A DNA stretch of 64,000 nt from a virus, in the IMG/VR virus record IMGVR_UViG_3300046463_000164. One strand, 5' to 3'. Numbering within the stretch: position 1 is the stretch's first letter; every line of letters starts with the position of its first letter. Below the pieces are notes generated by a model. It was not told where the DNA came from. It saw only the letters and a program-made list of their open reading frames with translations, and did no database searches. This document shows positions 19,257-28,368 of this stretch, piece after piece. Both the position numbers and the translations under genes were made by a program.

Positions 19257-20450
19257 ATGAAGATTGCTGCAATTTATTGGCCCACATCTTCAGTGGGCGG
19301 CATTAACACGTTGTTTGAGTCTCTACGGAAAGCGGCCATTGCCCAGGGTGATGAGTTCGACGTCATCCGTTGCGGTAATCTGAAAACCATCAAACCCGAG
19401 AAGTTTGCTGAACCGAAGTTGATTCGCGGTGGGGATACTTTCATTACGGTTCATGGCGATTCGTCGCATCACCCGGATCAGATCCAAGGCACGATCAAGT
19501 GGCTTGAAGAAAATTATGACGCGGTGTATTTCGGCTACTTGTGTCCGCACGAAAACAAGGCGTATGGCAGCGAGCCGGTATTCATGCCGATGTATACTGA
19601 TCTGAAACTTCCAAAGGTATCGTGTATTGTTGATGCCTATTGGGATTCGTATGCAGATTGGGCAATTCCCTGCTTCCCTCATATTAAGCGGACTGTGGTA
19701 TCGCAAATCGCCTACGCTGAACCGTTGGTGAAGATGGGTATGCCGGTAGAAGCGATCAAGGCTCCCATTACTCCGAAGCTGAATATTCAATCCGTTCGCA
19801 GCGACGAATCTCTGACGGTCTGGACTTCCCAATGGAAGACGATCAAAGGTATTGACAAGCTGCTTCCTCATATTCCGGCAATCTCGGAAGTCTCTAAGGT
19901 GGAGTTGTATTCCAATGGGATTCTGTACTATCAGATTCGGGAAGATGAAGAGTGGAAAGCTGCAGTCGGTAAGGATCACTTTAAGGAGTTCAACGGTTAC
20001 GGAAAGGCTGAGTTCTTTGGGTATGTTTCAACAGATGAAATCCCGGAGATTCTGACCCGTTCTTGGTTTATGATCGACCTTCAAGGTATTGGCAAGCCTA
20101 AGCATGAAGCATACCGGAATGGCGCTTACAACTATACGACCATCGAGGCGTTGCTGTATGGGTCTTGTCCTATCCTGCACGCTCAGGCGCTGAAGTCTAT
20201 TATCCCCAAGGAATTCTTCTTGACGATTGAGCATCCGAAGGAAATTGCAGAACTGATTCGTACCAGCAAGGATTTTGCTCTTGATCCGGTCCGTCAGAAG
20301 AACGCGCGTGAATGGGTATTGGACATTCACTCGGATTCAGCGACGTATAACGTCATCAAGGAGTCGTTCGCGCTCCCTGATCCGGTTGTGGATATCTCTG
20401 GTTTCTTGAAGAAAGATGAGCCAGCTGATCTTTTCTCTATGTTTGGTTGA
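19257..20450 (+). CDS. GT-B fold glycosyltransferase (GT4-like), soluble
   Basis: N-terminal VGGINT; WKTIKGID; FFGYV; C-terminal YTTIEALLYGSCPIL (EA-x-x-x-G-x-x-P); no TM segment. Confidence 0.8.
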   Translation: MKIAAIYWPTSSVGGINTLFESLRKAAIAQGDEFDVIRCGNLKTIKPEKFAEPKLIRGGDTFITVHGDSSHHPDQIQGTIKWLEENYDAVYFGYLCPHENKAYGSEPVFMPMYTDLKLPKVSCIVDAYWDSYADWAIPCFPHIKRTVVSQIAYAEPLVKMGMPVEAIKAPITPKLNIQSVRSDESLTVWTSQWKTIKGIDKLLPHIPAISEVSKVELYSNGILYYQIREDEEWKAAVGKDHFKEFNGYGKAEFFGYVSTDEIPEILTRSWFMIDLQGIGKPKHEAYRNGAYNYTTIEALLYGSCPILHAQALKSIIPKEFFLTIEHPKEIAELIRTSKDFALDPVRQKNAREWVLDIHSDSATYNVIKESFALPDPVVDISGFLKKDEPADLFSMFG

Positions 20451-20461
20451 GGTTGCTAAGT

Positions 20462-21061
20462 ATGAGTGTGAATAAGAAGGTTGTAGTTCTAGTTGAACCC
20501 CACGCGGATGACATCTATCTCAGTTGTCATCAACATGCTGTAGATTGGGTGAAGGAAGGAAAGGTTGTAGTGATCGTCACCGTCTTTTCGGGAACCCGGA
20601 AACGGGCGCGCGACGGCACCAGCTACGCAGATGCAATCGGTGCTACCTGGATCGGCTTAGGGTTTGATGAGTTCGCTGAGCCTGATATCCGCAATGCGTA
20701 TTTGAACACGCCGTTTGATCCCCTGCCGGGTAATCTCAGCCTGATCTATGAGGCTAGTGAGGTTCAGGTAGTTTCCCCGCTAGGTATCCAGAACCCCGAT
20801 CACCAGGCTGTTCGTGAGTGGCTAAAGGCTTCTAATGACCAGTTGCGCTATTATGCGGAGATTCCGTATTATACGAAGCTGAAGAATCAAGAAGAAGTCA
20901 ACGGACTGATTGTTGGCAAGGTGATTGATAGTATCAAGAAGCCTAAGCACACAAAGGCTGACGAGAAGTATTGGAAGTGTTTTAAGGATCAAGCGAAGTT
21001 TTTCCACTTTAACCCGCCGGAATCTTACAAGGATGTCCCGGAACTTTTGGTGACAGATTAA
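20462..21061 (+). CDS. PIG-L/LmbE-family N-deacetylase
   Basis: VEPHADD, VTVFSG, NPDH, YAEIPYY. Confidence 0.85.
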   Translation: MSVNKKVVVLVEPHADDIYLSCHQHAVDWVKEGKVVVIVTVFSGTRKRARDGTSYADAIGATWIGLGFDEFAEPDIRNAYLNTPFDPLPGNLSLIYEASEVQVVSPLGIQNPDHQAVREWLKASNDQLRYYAEIPYYTKLKNQEEVNGLIVGKVIDSIKKPKHTKADEKYWKCFKDQAKFFHFNPPESYKDVPELLVTD

Positions 21062-21714
21062 TGGCTGTAGTCAAGCATATACATATCATCGGAGCAGGCG
21101 GTCATGCCAATGTGGTGTTGGATATTGTTGAAGAGTTGAGGAAATATGTAGGAATCAACATCTATGCCGATTCCTATGATCCCGTAGCCAACAATAGATT
21201 TTGGGACTATCCTATCAAGGGATCGGCCACTGACTTCTTTTCAGAAGTCAAATACAACTGGAATCATGACTATATTGTGGCCATCGGAGACAACTCCGCT
21301 CGCGGTAGGTTGTCGGAGAGTTTCAAGTTGGCGACTAAGCGTAAGCCCGTCACCCTCATCCATCCTAAAGCTATAGTGAGCGATAGGGCCAAGATTGGCC
21401 ACGGCACGGTGATTATGGCAGGAGCAGTTGTTGGTCCTGGGGCTGTCATTGGCGATAATTGTATTATCAATCACGGAGCAACGGTTGATCATGATTGTAT
21501 GCTTGAAGATGCAGTTCATATCTGTCCTGGAGCGCATATTGCTGGTGCAGTCAAGGTCGGAAAGGGCGTTCAGGTCGGCATCGGTGCCAGTGTTATACAA
21601 GGCATAAGTATTGGTGAATATACCACCATCGGTGCCGGAGCAGCAGTTGTAAGTGATATCGCCGGTTGGGTAACAGCGGTCGGAGTCCCGGCCAAGGTAA
21701 TTAAGGAATATTGA
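21061..21714 (+). CDS. Sugar N-acetyltransferase, PglD/NeuD family
   Basis: IIGAGGHANVV, VAIGDN..R, IHPKA, hexapeptide repeats with VDHDC, VGVPAK. Confidence 0.92.
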   Translation: MAVVKHIHIIGAGGHANVVLDIVEELRKYVGINIYADSYDPVANNRFWDYPIKGSATDFFSEVKYNWNHDYIVAIGDNSARGRLSESFKLATKRKPVTLIHPKAIVSDRAKIGHGTVIMAGAVVGPGAVIGDNCIINHGATVDHDCMLEDAVHICPGAHIAGAVKVGKGVQVGIGASVIQGISIGEYTTIGAGAAVVSDIAGWVTAVGVPAKVIKEY

Positions 21715-21715
21715 A

Positions 21716-22900
21716 ATGTTGAATGCAGGTATTAGTCCGTGGCCGTTTTATGCTCAAGATGAACGTGATGCGGTTCAGAACATATTGATTTCAGGCAAGG
21801 TGAATCAGTGGACGGGCACGGAAGTCAAGGAATTTGAGAAAGAGTTCGCAGAGTATATTGGGACATCATATGCAGTAGCGGTATCAAACGGCACGGTGGC
21901 GTTGGATCTGATTCTCCAATATTGTTTGTTGGGTGCCATCGATGCAGAAGTTATTGTGACGTCCCGGACTTTTATTGCATCGGCTAGTTCCATTATCATG
22001 GCGGGAGCAAAGCCGGTATTTGTGGACGTTGATCCGAAGTCTGGCAATATCACTCCTGAAGCAATTCGAGCAGCGGTCACGGAGAATACTGTAGCAATCA
22101 TCTGTGTTCACTTGGCTGGTTGGCCTTGTGATATGGACCCGATCATGGAGATTGCAGCTGATAATGGACTGTATGTAATCGAAGATTGTGCACAGGCTCA
22201 TGGCGCGATCTATAAGGGTCGCAAGGTCGGTTCCATCGGTCACGCGTCTGCTTGGTCTTTCTGTCAAGACAAGATCATGTCGACAGGCGGTGAAGGTGGT
22301 ATGATCACAACCAACACGTCATTCATTTGGACCTATTGTTGGTCCAAGAAGGATCACGGCAAGAGTTATTTTGACGCCGTGATGCGTAAGGATCATGCTC
22401 CTGGTTTCCGTTGGTTGCATAGTAGTATCGGGTCGAATTACCGTATGACCGAAATTCAAGCCTCAATCGGTCGTATTCAGCTACGCAAGCTGGAAAGTTG
22501 GGTCAGCACCCGCAATTATATTGCGGACGAGTTGAATAAGGTGGCTTGGCCGCTTTCTGCTGTTCGTATTGAATGGTGCGACTTCCCCGATAGTCGCCAT
22601 GCTAAGTACAAGCATTATATGTATGTAAATCCTGAAGGTCTCAATGAAGGTTGGGATCGGGAAAGAATAATCAAGGAATTGATTGCCGAAGGAGTTCCCT
22701 GCTACCACGGTTCTTGTTCAGAAGTTTATCTGGAAAATGCGTTTGACGGACATTACAAAACTCTGCCGGTAGCAAAGGAGTTGGGTGAGACTAGCCTGAT
22801 GTTCTTGGTTCATCCGACCATTAACATGATGGAAGTCCACAATATGACTGAAGGACTTCGCAAGGTGCTCACAGCCGCTTCAAAATCTTGTAGAGAATGA
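21716..22900 (+). CDS. DegT/DnrJ/EryC1/StrS PLP sugar aminotransferase (PglE / Neisseria PglC-like)
   Basis: SNGTVAL, VHLAGWPCDM, IEDCAQAHGA, SFCQDKIMSTGGEGGM, GSNYRMTEIQA. Confidence 0.93.
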   Translation: MLNAGISPWPFYAQDERDAVQNILISGKVNQWTGTEVKEFEKEFAEYIGTSYAVAVSNGTVALDLILQYCLLGAIDAEVIVTSRTFIASASSIIMAGAKPVFVDVDPKSGNITPEAIRAAVTENTVAIICVHLAGWPCDMDPIMEIAADNGLYVIEDCAQAHGAIYKGRKVGSIGHASAWSFCQDKIMSTGGEGGMITTNTSFIWTYCWSKKDHGKSYFDAVMRKDHAPGFRWLHSSIGSNYRMTEIQASIGRIQLRKLESWVSTRNYIADELNKVAWPLSAVRIEWCDFPDSRHAKYKHYMYVNPEGLNEGWDRERIIKELIAEGVPCYHGSCSEVYLENAFDGHYKTLPVAKELGETSLMFLVHPTINMMEVHNMTEGLRKVLTAASKSCRE

Positions 22901-24018
22901 CGGATATAAGAATTAAGGACACTCCCAGCAATATTGCTGATATATTGATGGGACGTGATCCCGTTGAACCCGATGCAAAACTAATCCAAGAAAATATCAA
23001 AGACAAAGCAGTGTTGGTGACTGGCGCAGGTGGTTCCATCGGGTCAGAGATTTGTCGTCAAGTCGCCAACCAAGGTCCGAGTGTATTGGTATTGTATGAG
23101 TTGAACGAGTTTGCTCTCTATACAATCCACGTCGAGCTAATGCGAACTCACCCGCACGTTAAGGTCATCCCCGCTTTGGGCTCGATCTTGAATTGTTCGC
23201 GGGTGTCGTATTTCCTCAGCAAGTTTAACATCAATACCATTTATCATGCGGCGGCGTATAAGCATGTTCCAATGGTAGAGTATAATATCACTGAGGGCGT
23301 ATATAACAACTTTATTGGAACTGCTGCCTTGGTTACAACAGCAGACGGCAATGTAGATACTTTTGTGCTTGTGTCTACTGATAAGGCGGTTAGACCGACT
23401 AATGTGATGGGGGCAACTAAGCGTTTGTCTGAGATGTATGTTCAGGCCGTGCAGGAACGTCGTCATCGGACTAAGACAACGTTCTCAATGGTTAGGTTCG
23501 GGAATGTTCTTGGGTCCTCAGGATCAGTGATTCCGTTGTTTCTAGAGCAGATTGCAAGGGGAGAACCTTTGACGGTCACCCATCCTGATATCACACGCTA
23601 CTTCATGTCGATTCCTGAGGCTGCTCAGTTGGTTATTCAGGCAGGAGCAATGGCAACTGGCGGTGAAGTATTCGTCCTGGATATGGGTGAGTCTGTGAAG
23701 ATTGTAGATATGGCCAAGCGTTTGCTTCAACACTACAATCTACCTGAAAATCATTATGAGATCACTGGGTTGCGTCCCGGCGAGAAGCTGTATGAAGAGT
23801 TGTTGATTGGTGATTCGGTCGGAAACACATACCATCCTAGGATTATGAAAGCGAATGAATTTCATCCTTCATATTCCCGTATGCTCGACATTTACGATAT
23901 AATAGAAGAATGCTACCATAGTATGGATTTCAAGAGACTGTTTAACGTGCTAGAGCACAATGTTTCTGGATTCAATCATTCCGGCGAGATAAAGGATCAT
24001 TTGTATGAGCATAATTAA
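22897..24018 (+). CDS. UDP-GlcNAc 4,6-dehydratase, PglF/CapD/WbpM catalytic domain only
   Basis: TGAGGSIG, HAAAYKHVP, STDKAVRPTNVMGATK, VRFGNVLGSSGSV, GLRPGEKLYEEL; no N-terminal membrane domain. Confidence 0.93.
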   Translation: MTDIRIKDTPSNIADILMGRDPVEPDAKLIQENIKDKAVLVTGAGGSIGSEICRQVANQGPSVLVLYELNEFALYTIHVELMRTHPHVKVIPALGSILNCSRVSYFLSKFNINTIYHAAAYKHVPMVEYNITEGVYNNFIGTAALVTTADGNVDTFVLVSTDKAVRPTNVMGATKRLSEMYVQAVQERRHRTKTTFSMVRFGNVLGSSGSVIPLFLEQIARGEPLTVTHPDITRYFMSIPEAAQLVIQAGAMATGGEVFVLDMGESVKIVDMAKRLLQHYNLPENHYEITGLRPGEKLYEELLIGDSVGNTYHPRIMKANEFHPSYSRMLDIYDIIEECYHSMDFKRLFNVLEHNVSGFNHSGEIKDHLYEHN

Positions 24019-24469
24019 GGCGGTAGACCGCGCCTACAAAACGATGAAAGAGCGTAATTGGAACACCATCTATTGGGCGGTGGACCTACACGGCGTGTGT
24101 CTGAAGTCGAATTATCAGCAAGGTGGATACAGTTGGATCAATATCCACGCGCGTCGAGTATTGAAGCTCATCAGCCGACTTCCTGAAACTAAGATCATCT
24201 TGTGGTCGTCGGTGTATGATTTGGAGAAGGGAGATATCATCGACTTCTTTGAAGAACATGGTATTCATGTTTCAGACTTCAACAGCAATCTGAGCGAGGG
24301 CAATACTCACGTTTCTGATTTCTCGCAGAAGTTTTATTTCAGCGTCCTGTTGGACGACAAAGCGGGTTTCGATCCTGAAACCGATTGGTTGGCAATTGAA
24401 AACTATCTTTATGATAAAGGAATATTAAATGCAAACGAAGGAAAAGCCGGTAGTACATTACATTGGTGA
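24005..24469 (+). CDS. HAD-like phosphatase (phage type)
   Basis: YWAVDLHG, IILWSS, LLDDKAGF. Confidence 0.6.
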   Translation: MSIIKAVDRAYKTMKERNWNTIYWAVDLHGVCLKSNYQQGGYSWINIHARRVLKLISRLPETKIILWSSVYDLEKGDIIDFFEEHGIHVSDFNSNLSEGNTHVSDFSQKFYFSVLLDDKAGFDPETDWLAIENYLYDKGILNANEGKAGSTLHW

Positions 24470-24644
24470 ACTCTATAATATCAATCTAGGTCAGCGTTGC
24501 TGGCTTGATGAAGTTGTGGATCACCCGCATCTGGGCCGCTGTAAAGATGTGTCCACCAGCGGCGTTATTCGTATTGAGCCCAATACCGGAGTGTTTGAAA
24601 CCTACAACACTATCTACAAACCCCTGATTCAATTGAACGGTTAA
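24429..24644 (+). CDS. Hypothetical protein
   Basis: DHP.LG....TS.V......FETYNTIY small phage protein pattern; AAGGA RBS. Confidence 0.55.
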   Translation: MQTKEKPVVHYIGELYNINLGQRCWLDEVVDHPHLGRCKDVSTSGVIRIEPNTGVFETYNTIYKPLIQLNG

Positions 24645-24645
24645 T

Positions 24646-24891
24646 ATGGAACTGAAAGAACAAATTCGAGCATTGGGAATTCGCCGGGCGGCGCTTTCAG
24701 CCGAGGTTGAGGCGGTGGAAGAAAAGCTCAGCGTCATTGCAGCTGAAGCCAAAGCTATCAGCAAGGAAGCGCAACAGAAGCGCGAGAAACTCAATCATCT
24801 AGACTTCGCAATCAATAACTTGCGTACTGTGATTGAGTTGGAAGAACCCATCGCTGAAATTGTTGTGGTCGATCCTTGGGGTGAATCTTAA
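24646..24891 (+). CDS. Small coiled-coil protein
   Basis: Heptad-rich ORF. Confidence 0.55.
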   Translation: MELKEQIRALGIRRAALSAEVEAVEEKLSVIAAEAKAISKEAQQKREKLNHLDFAINNLRTVIELEEPIAEIVVVDPWGES

Positions 24892-25258
24892 TCTCCTGAG
24901 GTTCCACCGAAAAGCTAAAGTAATATATGACCGCGAGAATCTTAAAGACAATAGGCAGAGTGTGGTGGCCTTTGTTTTGGATTCTCGCGGTCGCATTCTT
25001 ACTGAAGGTTGGAACTCGTACACCAAAACCCATCCCATACAGAAAAAGGCTGCCGACGAAGCTCAAGACCCGCATAAGTGTTTCTTGCATGCCGAAATCC
25101 ACGCCCTTTCTCGTCTCAGCTATAAACAGCTATCAAAACAAGACACCATTGTCGTTCTGAGATTGGACGGTAAATATCGTCTCATGCCTAGCAAGCCTTG
25201 TCCTATCTGTCAAGACGTGATATGCCAGTACGGAATCAAGAATATTATCCACAGTTAG
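24881..25258 (+). CDS. Cytidine/dCMP deaminase-fold protein (start uncertain)
   Basis: GWN, LHAEIHAL, SKPCPIC zinc motif. Confidence 0.8.
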   Translation: MNLNLLRFHRKAKVIYDRENLKDNRQSVVAFVLDSRGRILTEGWNSYTKTHPIQKKAADEAQDPHKCFLHAEIHALSRLSYKQLSKQDTIVVLRLDGKYRLMPSKPCPICQDVICQYGIKNIIHS

Positions 25259-25274
25259 CTAAATAAGGGTATTA

Positions 25275-25538
25275 TTGGAGAATCCCATGAATCTTATTCA
25301 AGAGTATATTGACTATCTCACTGAGGTCAACCGTATTGTACAAGGACTATCGAAGCGCAGCGGAAAGCCCGCAGACCACGTCAATAGTATTTGGAGAGAA
25401 ACGGACAAGGAAGTTGTTGGTAAGCACAAGTATGGAGTTACCGATAAACAAAAAGCTATTGCTAGGATTGTAAGTGCAAAGCTTGGAGTTAAGCCTGAAC
25501 CCGACGAGGATGACGGCAAGGACGAACCACAAGAATAA
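25275..25538 (+). CDS. Small late protein
   Basis: CTAAATA at 25259-25265; followed by a terminator. Confidence 0.55.
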   Translation: MENPMNLIQEYIDYLTEVNRIVQGLSKRSGKPADHVNSIWRETDKEVVGKHKYGVTDKQKAIARIVSAKLGVKPEPDEDDGKDEPQE

Positions 25539-25539
25539 C

Positions 25540-25572
25540 AAAAAGCCTCTGGAGAAATCCAGAGGCTTTTTC
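25540..25572 (+). terminator. Rho-independent terminator
   Basis: AGCCTCTGGA-GAAA-TCCAGAGGCT followed by a T run. Confidence 0.85.
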
Positions 25573-25583
25573 ATATTATACGG

Positions 25584-25612
25584 TTTACTTTTCGTCTTAC
25601 ATCGTATATAAT
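25584..25612 (+). promoter_or_regulatory. Early promoter of the rII operon
   Basis: TTTACT-N17-TATAAT. Confidence 0.75.
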
Positions 25613-25662
25613 TCTTCTAACGGTTAACGAACCGTATGTAAACCTTAACACGGAGCTATATC

Positions 25663-25899
25663 ATGAAAAGTCTTCTGAGCGCAATCGCTACTGTCGTCAC
25701 CGCGTATCTTCCCAGCAAACAAATTGACATGGGATGCATTGGTGGCGGGGATTTCAAACAAGAACATCCCAGCGTCGTTAAGGCGCGCGCCGAGGCAAAA
25801 GAGAAGATGAAGCAATGGGGTCGCAAGACGGTTCTTGAAGGCGGTGCATTCTCCCGCAACCACACCGTCTTACGAGCGGAACGAAAAACAATGAACTAA
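25663..25899 (+). CDS. Hypothetical protein
   Basis: GGAG RBS, first gene after the promoter. Confidence 0.55.
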   Translation: MKSLLSAIATVVTAYLPSKQIDMGCIGGGDFKQEHPSVVKARAEAKEKMKQWGRKTVLEGGAFSRNHTVLRAERKTMN

Positions 25900-25908
25900 G
25901 GATCACGG

Positions 25909-28368
25909 TTGGCGATTACACAAAGTAGCGCACGCGATATTCAGCGTGGTGGGTTGATGGGTGAGAGACAGTTTGGTATCGCTCTCACCCCGAAGATGTA
26001 CAGTATGATGAGTGACCGATTGTACACTGACCGTGTTGGGTCAGTTGTGCGTGAGGTTTGCTCTAATGCCTGGGACGCTATGAAGATGCGATCTATCGCA
26101 TCTGGTCTCCCTCAGGAACCCTTCAAGGTCACTCTCCCAACCGATCTTGAACCTCACTTCATTGTTGAGGATACGGGCCCAGGTATGCCTGACGATGTCG
26201 CTCAGGATCTATATTCCACACTTGGTCTTTCCACAAAGGAAGATACCAACGATCAAATCGGTGCATTTGGTCTTGGTTCTAAATCCCCATTCGCGGTTAC
26301 TGATACCTTCACGGTAGAGAATACCTATGACGGGGTCACACATCACTATTTGTGCTTCAAATCAGAAAGCGGGTTGCCTAGTATATTGAAGACTGGCGAA
26401 ACCGTTGATGGTCGTCCGAATGGCGTGAAGGTTATGATTCCGGCCGCAGGTAATAAGTACGCGGAATACAAGCGTGCTCTAACCCGCCAGTTGATCGTCA
26501 TGGAACCGAAGCCGATCATCAACAATATTGAGGACTTTGAATTCGTCCAAGCACATAAGCTGGTTGAAACTGAGTATGGGTTCATTCTTGCTAACGCTCA
26601 AGACTTTGGTCTGAATACCAAGTCTGTCTATGCTCGTATGGGTATGGTGTTGTATCCGTTGGATGTTAATCAAGTTAACATCGCGTATAACAACCGTCTG
26701 TATGAACGACTGAATAGCCAGGCAACTTTGATTCTGGGATTCAATATTGGTGACCTGGAACCGCTGCCGTCGCGTGAAGGTTTGACGTATGATCAGAAAA
26801 CCGCAGAGCTAAGTCTGGAGCGCTATAACTTGTTCTCATCTGAGTATCGCAAGATGCTTAAGAAGCAAGTTGAAGAAGCACCCACGCCTCTTGACGCGTG
26901 GCGTAAGATGCGAGAACTGAAGACCAGCACCAACGTTGATTTATCGACTGAGCCTGTATATAATCTTGGTTTCGTAATTAATGATCGGGTGATTGATAAC
27001 GCTTTCCCGTTCTTCGATTATGATTACAAGAAGAAAGTTACGACCATTCCTCCAGTCAAGTATGATGAAGATGGTTATATCATCAATCAAGAGAATACGG
27101 TTGAGGAAGTAGATGCGACGATGAAAGTCTCGCAATTCTATATGGAGGAATTCGATAAGTCTGATTTGCGTCTGAATATCAAACGTGATGCTAAACCGAT
27201 GATGGTTAATTGGGACTTCATCGGCAGTATTGATAATGAAACATACCGATTCCTGCTGATTGACGAGCTTGATCCTAAGCATCGTATTGGTCGTATGAAA
27301 GCAGCGTTGAATTCGATGCCGAGAGGTTGGAGCAGTCGTACTTTCGTTGTTAGGGTTGACCCGCGCTTTCAGGGTAGCCATACGGACTTCAGCGAGTTCA
27401 TTAAGTGCTTTGAGGCTCTGCATCCTGGAATCACAAAGAAGAACGGCAGCGTTACTTTGTTCAGCTCAATTCCGCGTCCCGATATTGTCAAGCGAGCGCG
27501 TGAGGAAGATAAGCAACTGGAAGGCGTGACGTATGTGGGCGGACGAAAGAATTTGGAAGTTAAATTCCGTTGGTCCGAATTAGATGAAATGTATTCGCCT
27601 GATTGCGATCTTGAGGACGATGATTACGAGGAACAAGCCGAGAAGGCCAAGATTGAATTCTCCAACAAAACCTTCTATGTGACGGCTTTGCGTGATGAGT
27701 TGACGGACTATCCTGATATCAAGATGGATGTTTTGAAGAATTTTGCTGAAGCGTTTGGTTATAAGATGTTCATTGTCCGTAAGTCGGGTATGGGTCATCT
27801 GAAAGCATTGAAGGAATACGGCATCCGGGAATTCAAGGAAGTTGTCGCTGAGTTTCTGGACGGGTATGAGCCTAGTGATGATTACAAGAAGTATAACTCA
27901 GCGAAGAAAGTAGAGGCGAGTAATCCGCTTTGGTTCCGTTATTCTTTCAAGTCTCATGCCGAATCGCTGATGAAGGAGCTTGAGAAGAATCAAGAATATG
28001 TGCATCCCTTCTTGAAGGAGCGTCAACTTGTAGAAAGGTTGGCTAGTTTCGATAATCTACAGGCTAGTAGCACACCGCAAACTAGAATGATTGATCGGCT
28101 TCGTGCTGATGGGGTTATCAAGTATTTCGACGGTTATGAATGGTCGAAAGTTCTTGAGATTGACGTCTCAGAAGAATTCGAAAAGCTGGAAAATGATTTT
28201 GGAGCATACTATCCCGCTTTCGAATTGTTGGCGCGTCATACCGTATATACTGATGGAGTTGCTCCAAATTTGTATCAATATGTAGTAGACTATAACGCCC
28301 TGCGGGGTAACGATGTTAAACCTGAAGAGTTTGTTGAAGAAAAGGAAATTGAAGATGAAGTCGTATGA
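25909..28368 (+). CDS. rIIA: RIIA (GHKL ATPase domain)
   Basis: LYTD..SVVREVCSNAWDA, DTGPGM, STKEDTNDQIGAFGLGSKSPFA, PSREGL. Confidence 0.92.
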   Translation: MAITQSSARDIQRGGLMGERQFGIALTPKMYSMMSDRLYTDRVGSVVREVCSNAWDAMKMRSIASGLPQEPFKVTLPTDLEPHFIVEDTGPGMPDDVAQDLYSTLGLSTKEDTNDQIGAFGLGSKSPFAVTDTFTVENTYDGVTHHYLCFKSESGLPSILKTGETVDGRPNGVKVMIPAAGNKYAEYKRALTRQLIVMEPKPIINNIEDFEFVQAHKLVETEYGFILANAQDFGLNTKSVYARMGMVLYPLDVNQVNIAYNNRLYERLNSQATLILGFNIGDLEPLPSREGLTYDQKTAELSLERYNLFSSEYRKMLKKQVEEAPTPLDAWRKMRELKTSTNVDLSTEPVYNLGFVINDRVIDNAFPFFDYDYKKKVTTIPPVKYDEDGYIINQENTVEEVDATMKVSQFYMEEFDKSDLRLNIKRDAKPMMVNWDFIGSIDNETYRFLLIDELDPKHRIGRMKAALNSMPRGWSSRTFVVRVDPRFQGSHTDFSEFIKCFEALHPGITKKNGSVTLFSSIPRPDIVKRAREEDKQLEGVTYVGGRKNLEVKFRWSELDEMYSPDCDLEDDDYEEQAEKAKIEFSNKTFYVTALRDELTDYPDIKMDVLKNFAEAFGYKMFIVRKSGMGHLKALKEYGIREFKEVVAEFLDGYEPSDDYKKYNSAKKVEASNPLWFRYSFKSHAESLMKELEKNQEYVHPFLKERQLVERLASFDNLQASSTPQTRMIDRLRADGVIKYFDGYEWSKVLEIDVSEEFEKLENDFGAYYPAFELLARHTVYTDGVAPNLYQYVVDYNALRGNDVKPEEFVEEKEIEDEVV

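Noticed and set aside
19257-24018. Bacterial LPS/pgl island or host contamination
   Set aside because: It is embedded among T4-like core genes with a phage-type promoter and tight gene packing, and has no Und-P transferase, flippase or polymerase. Virion-protein or host-surface glycosylation remains a possible alternative function.
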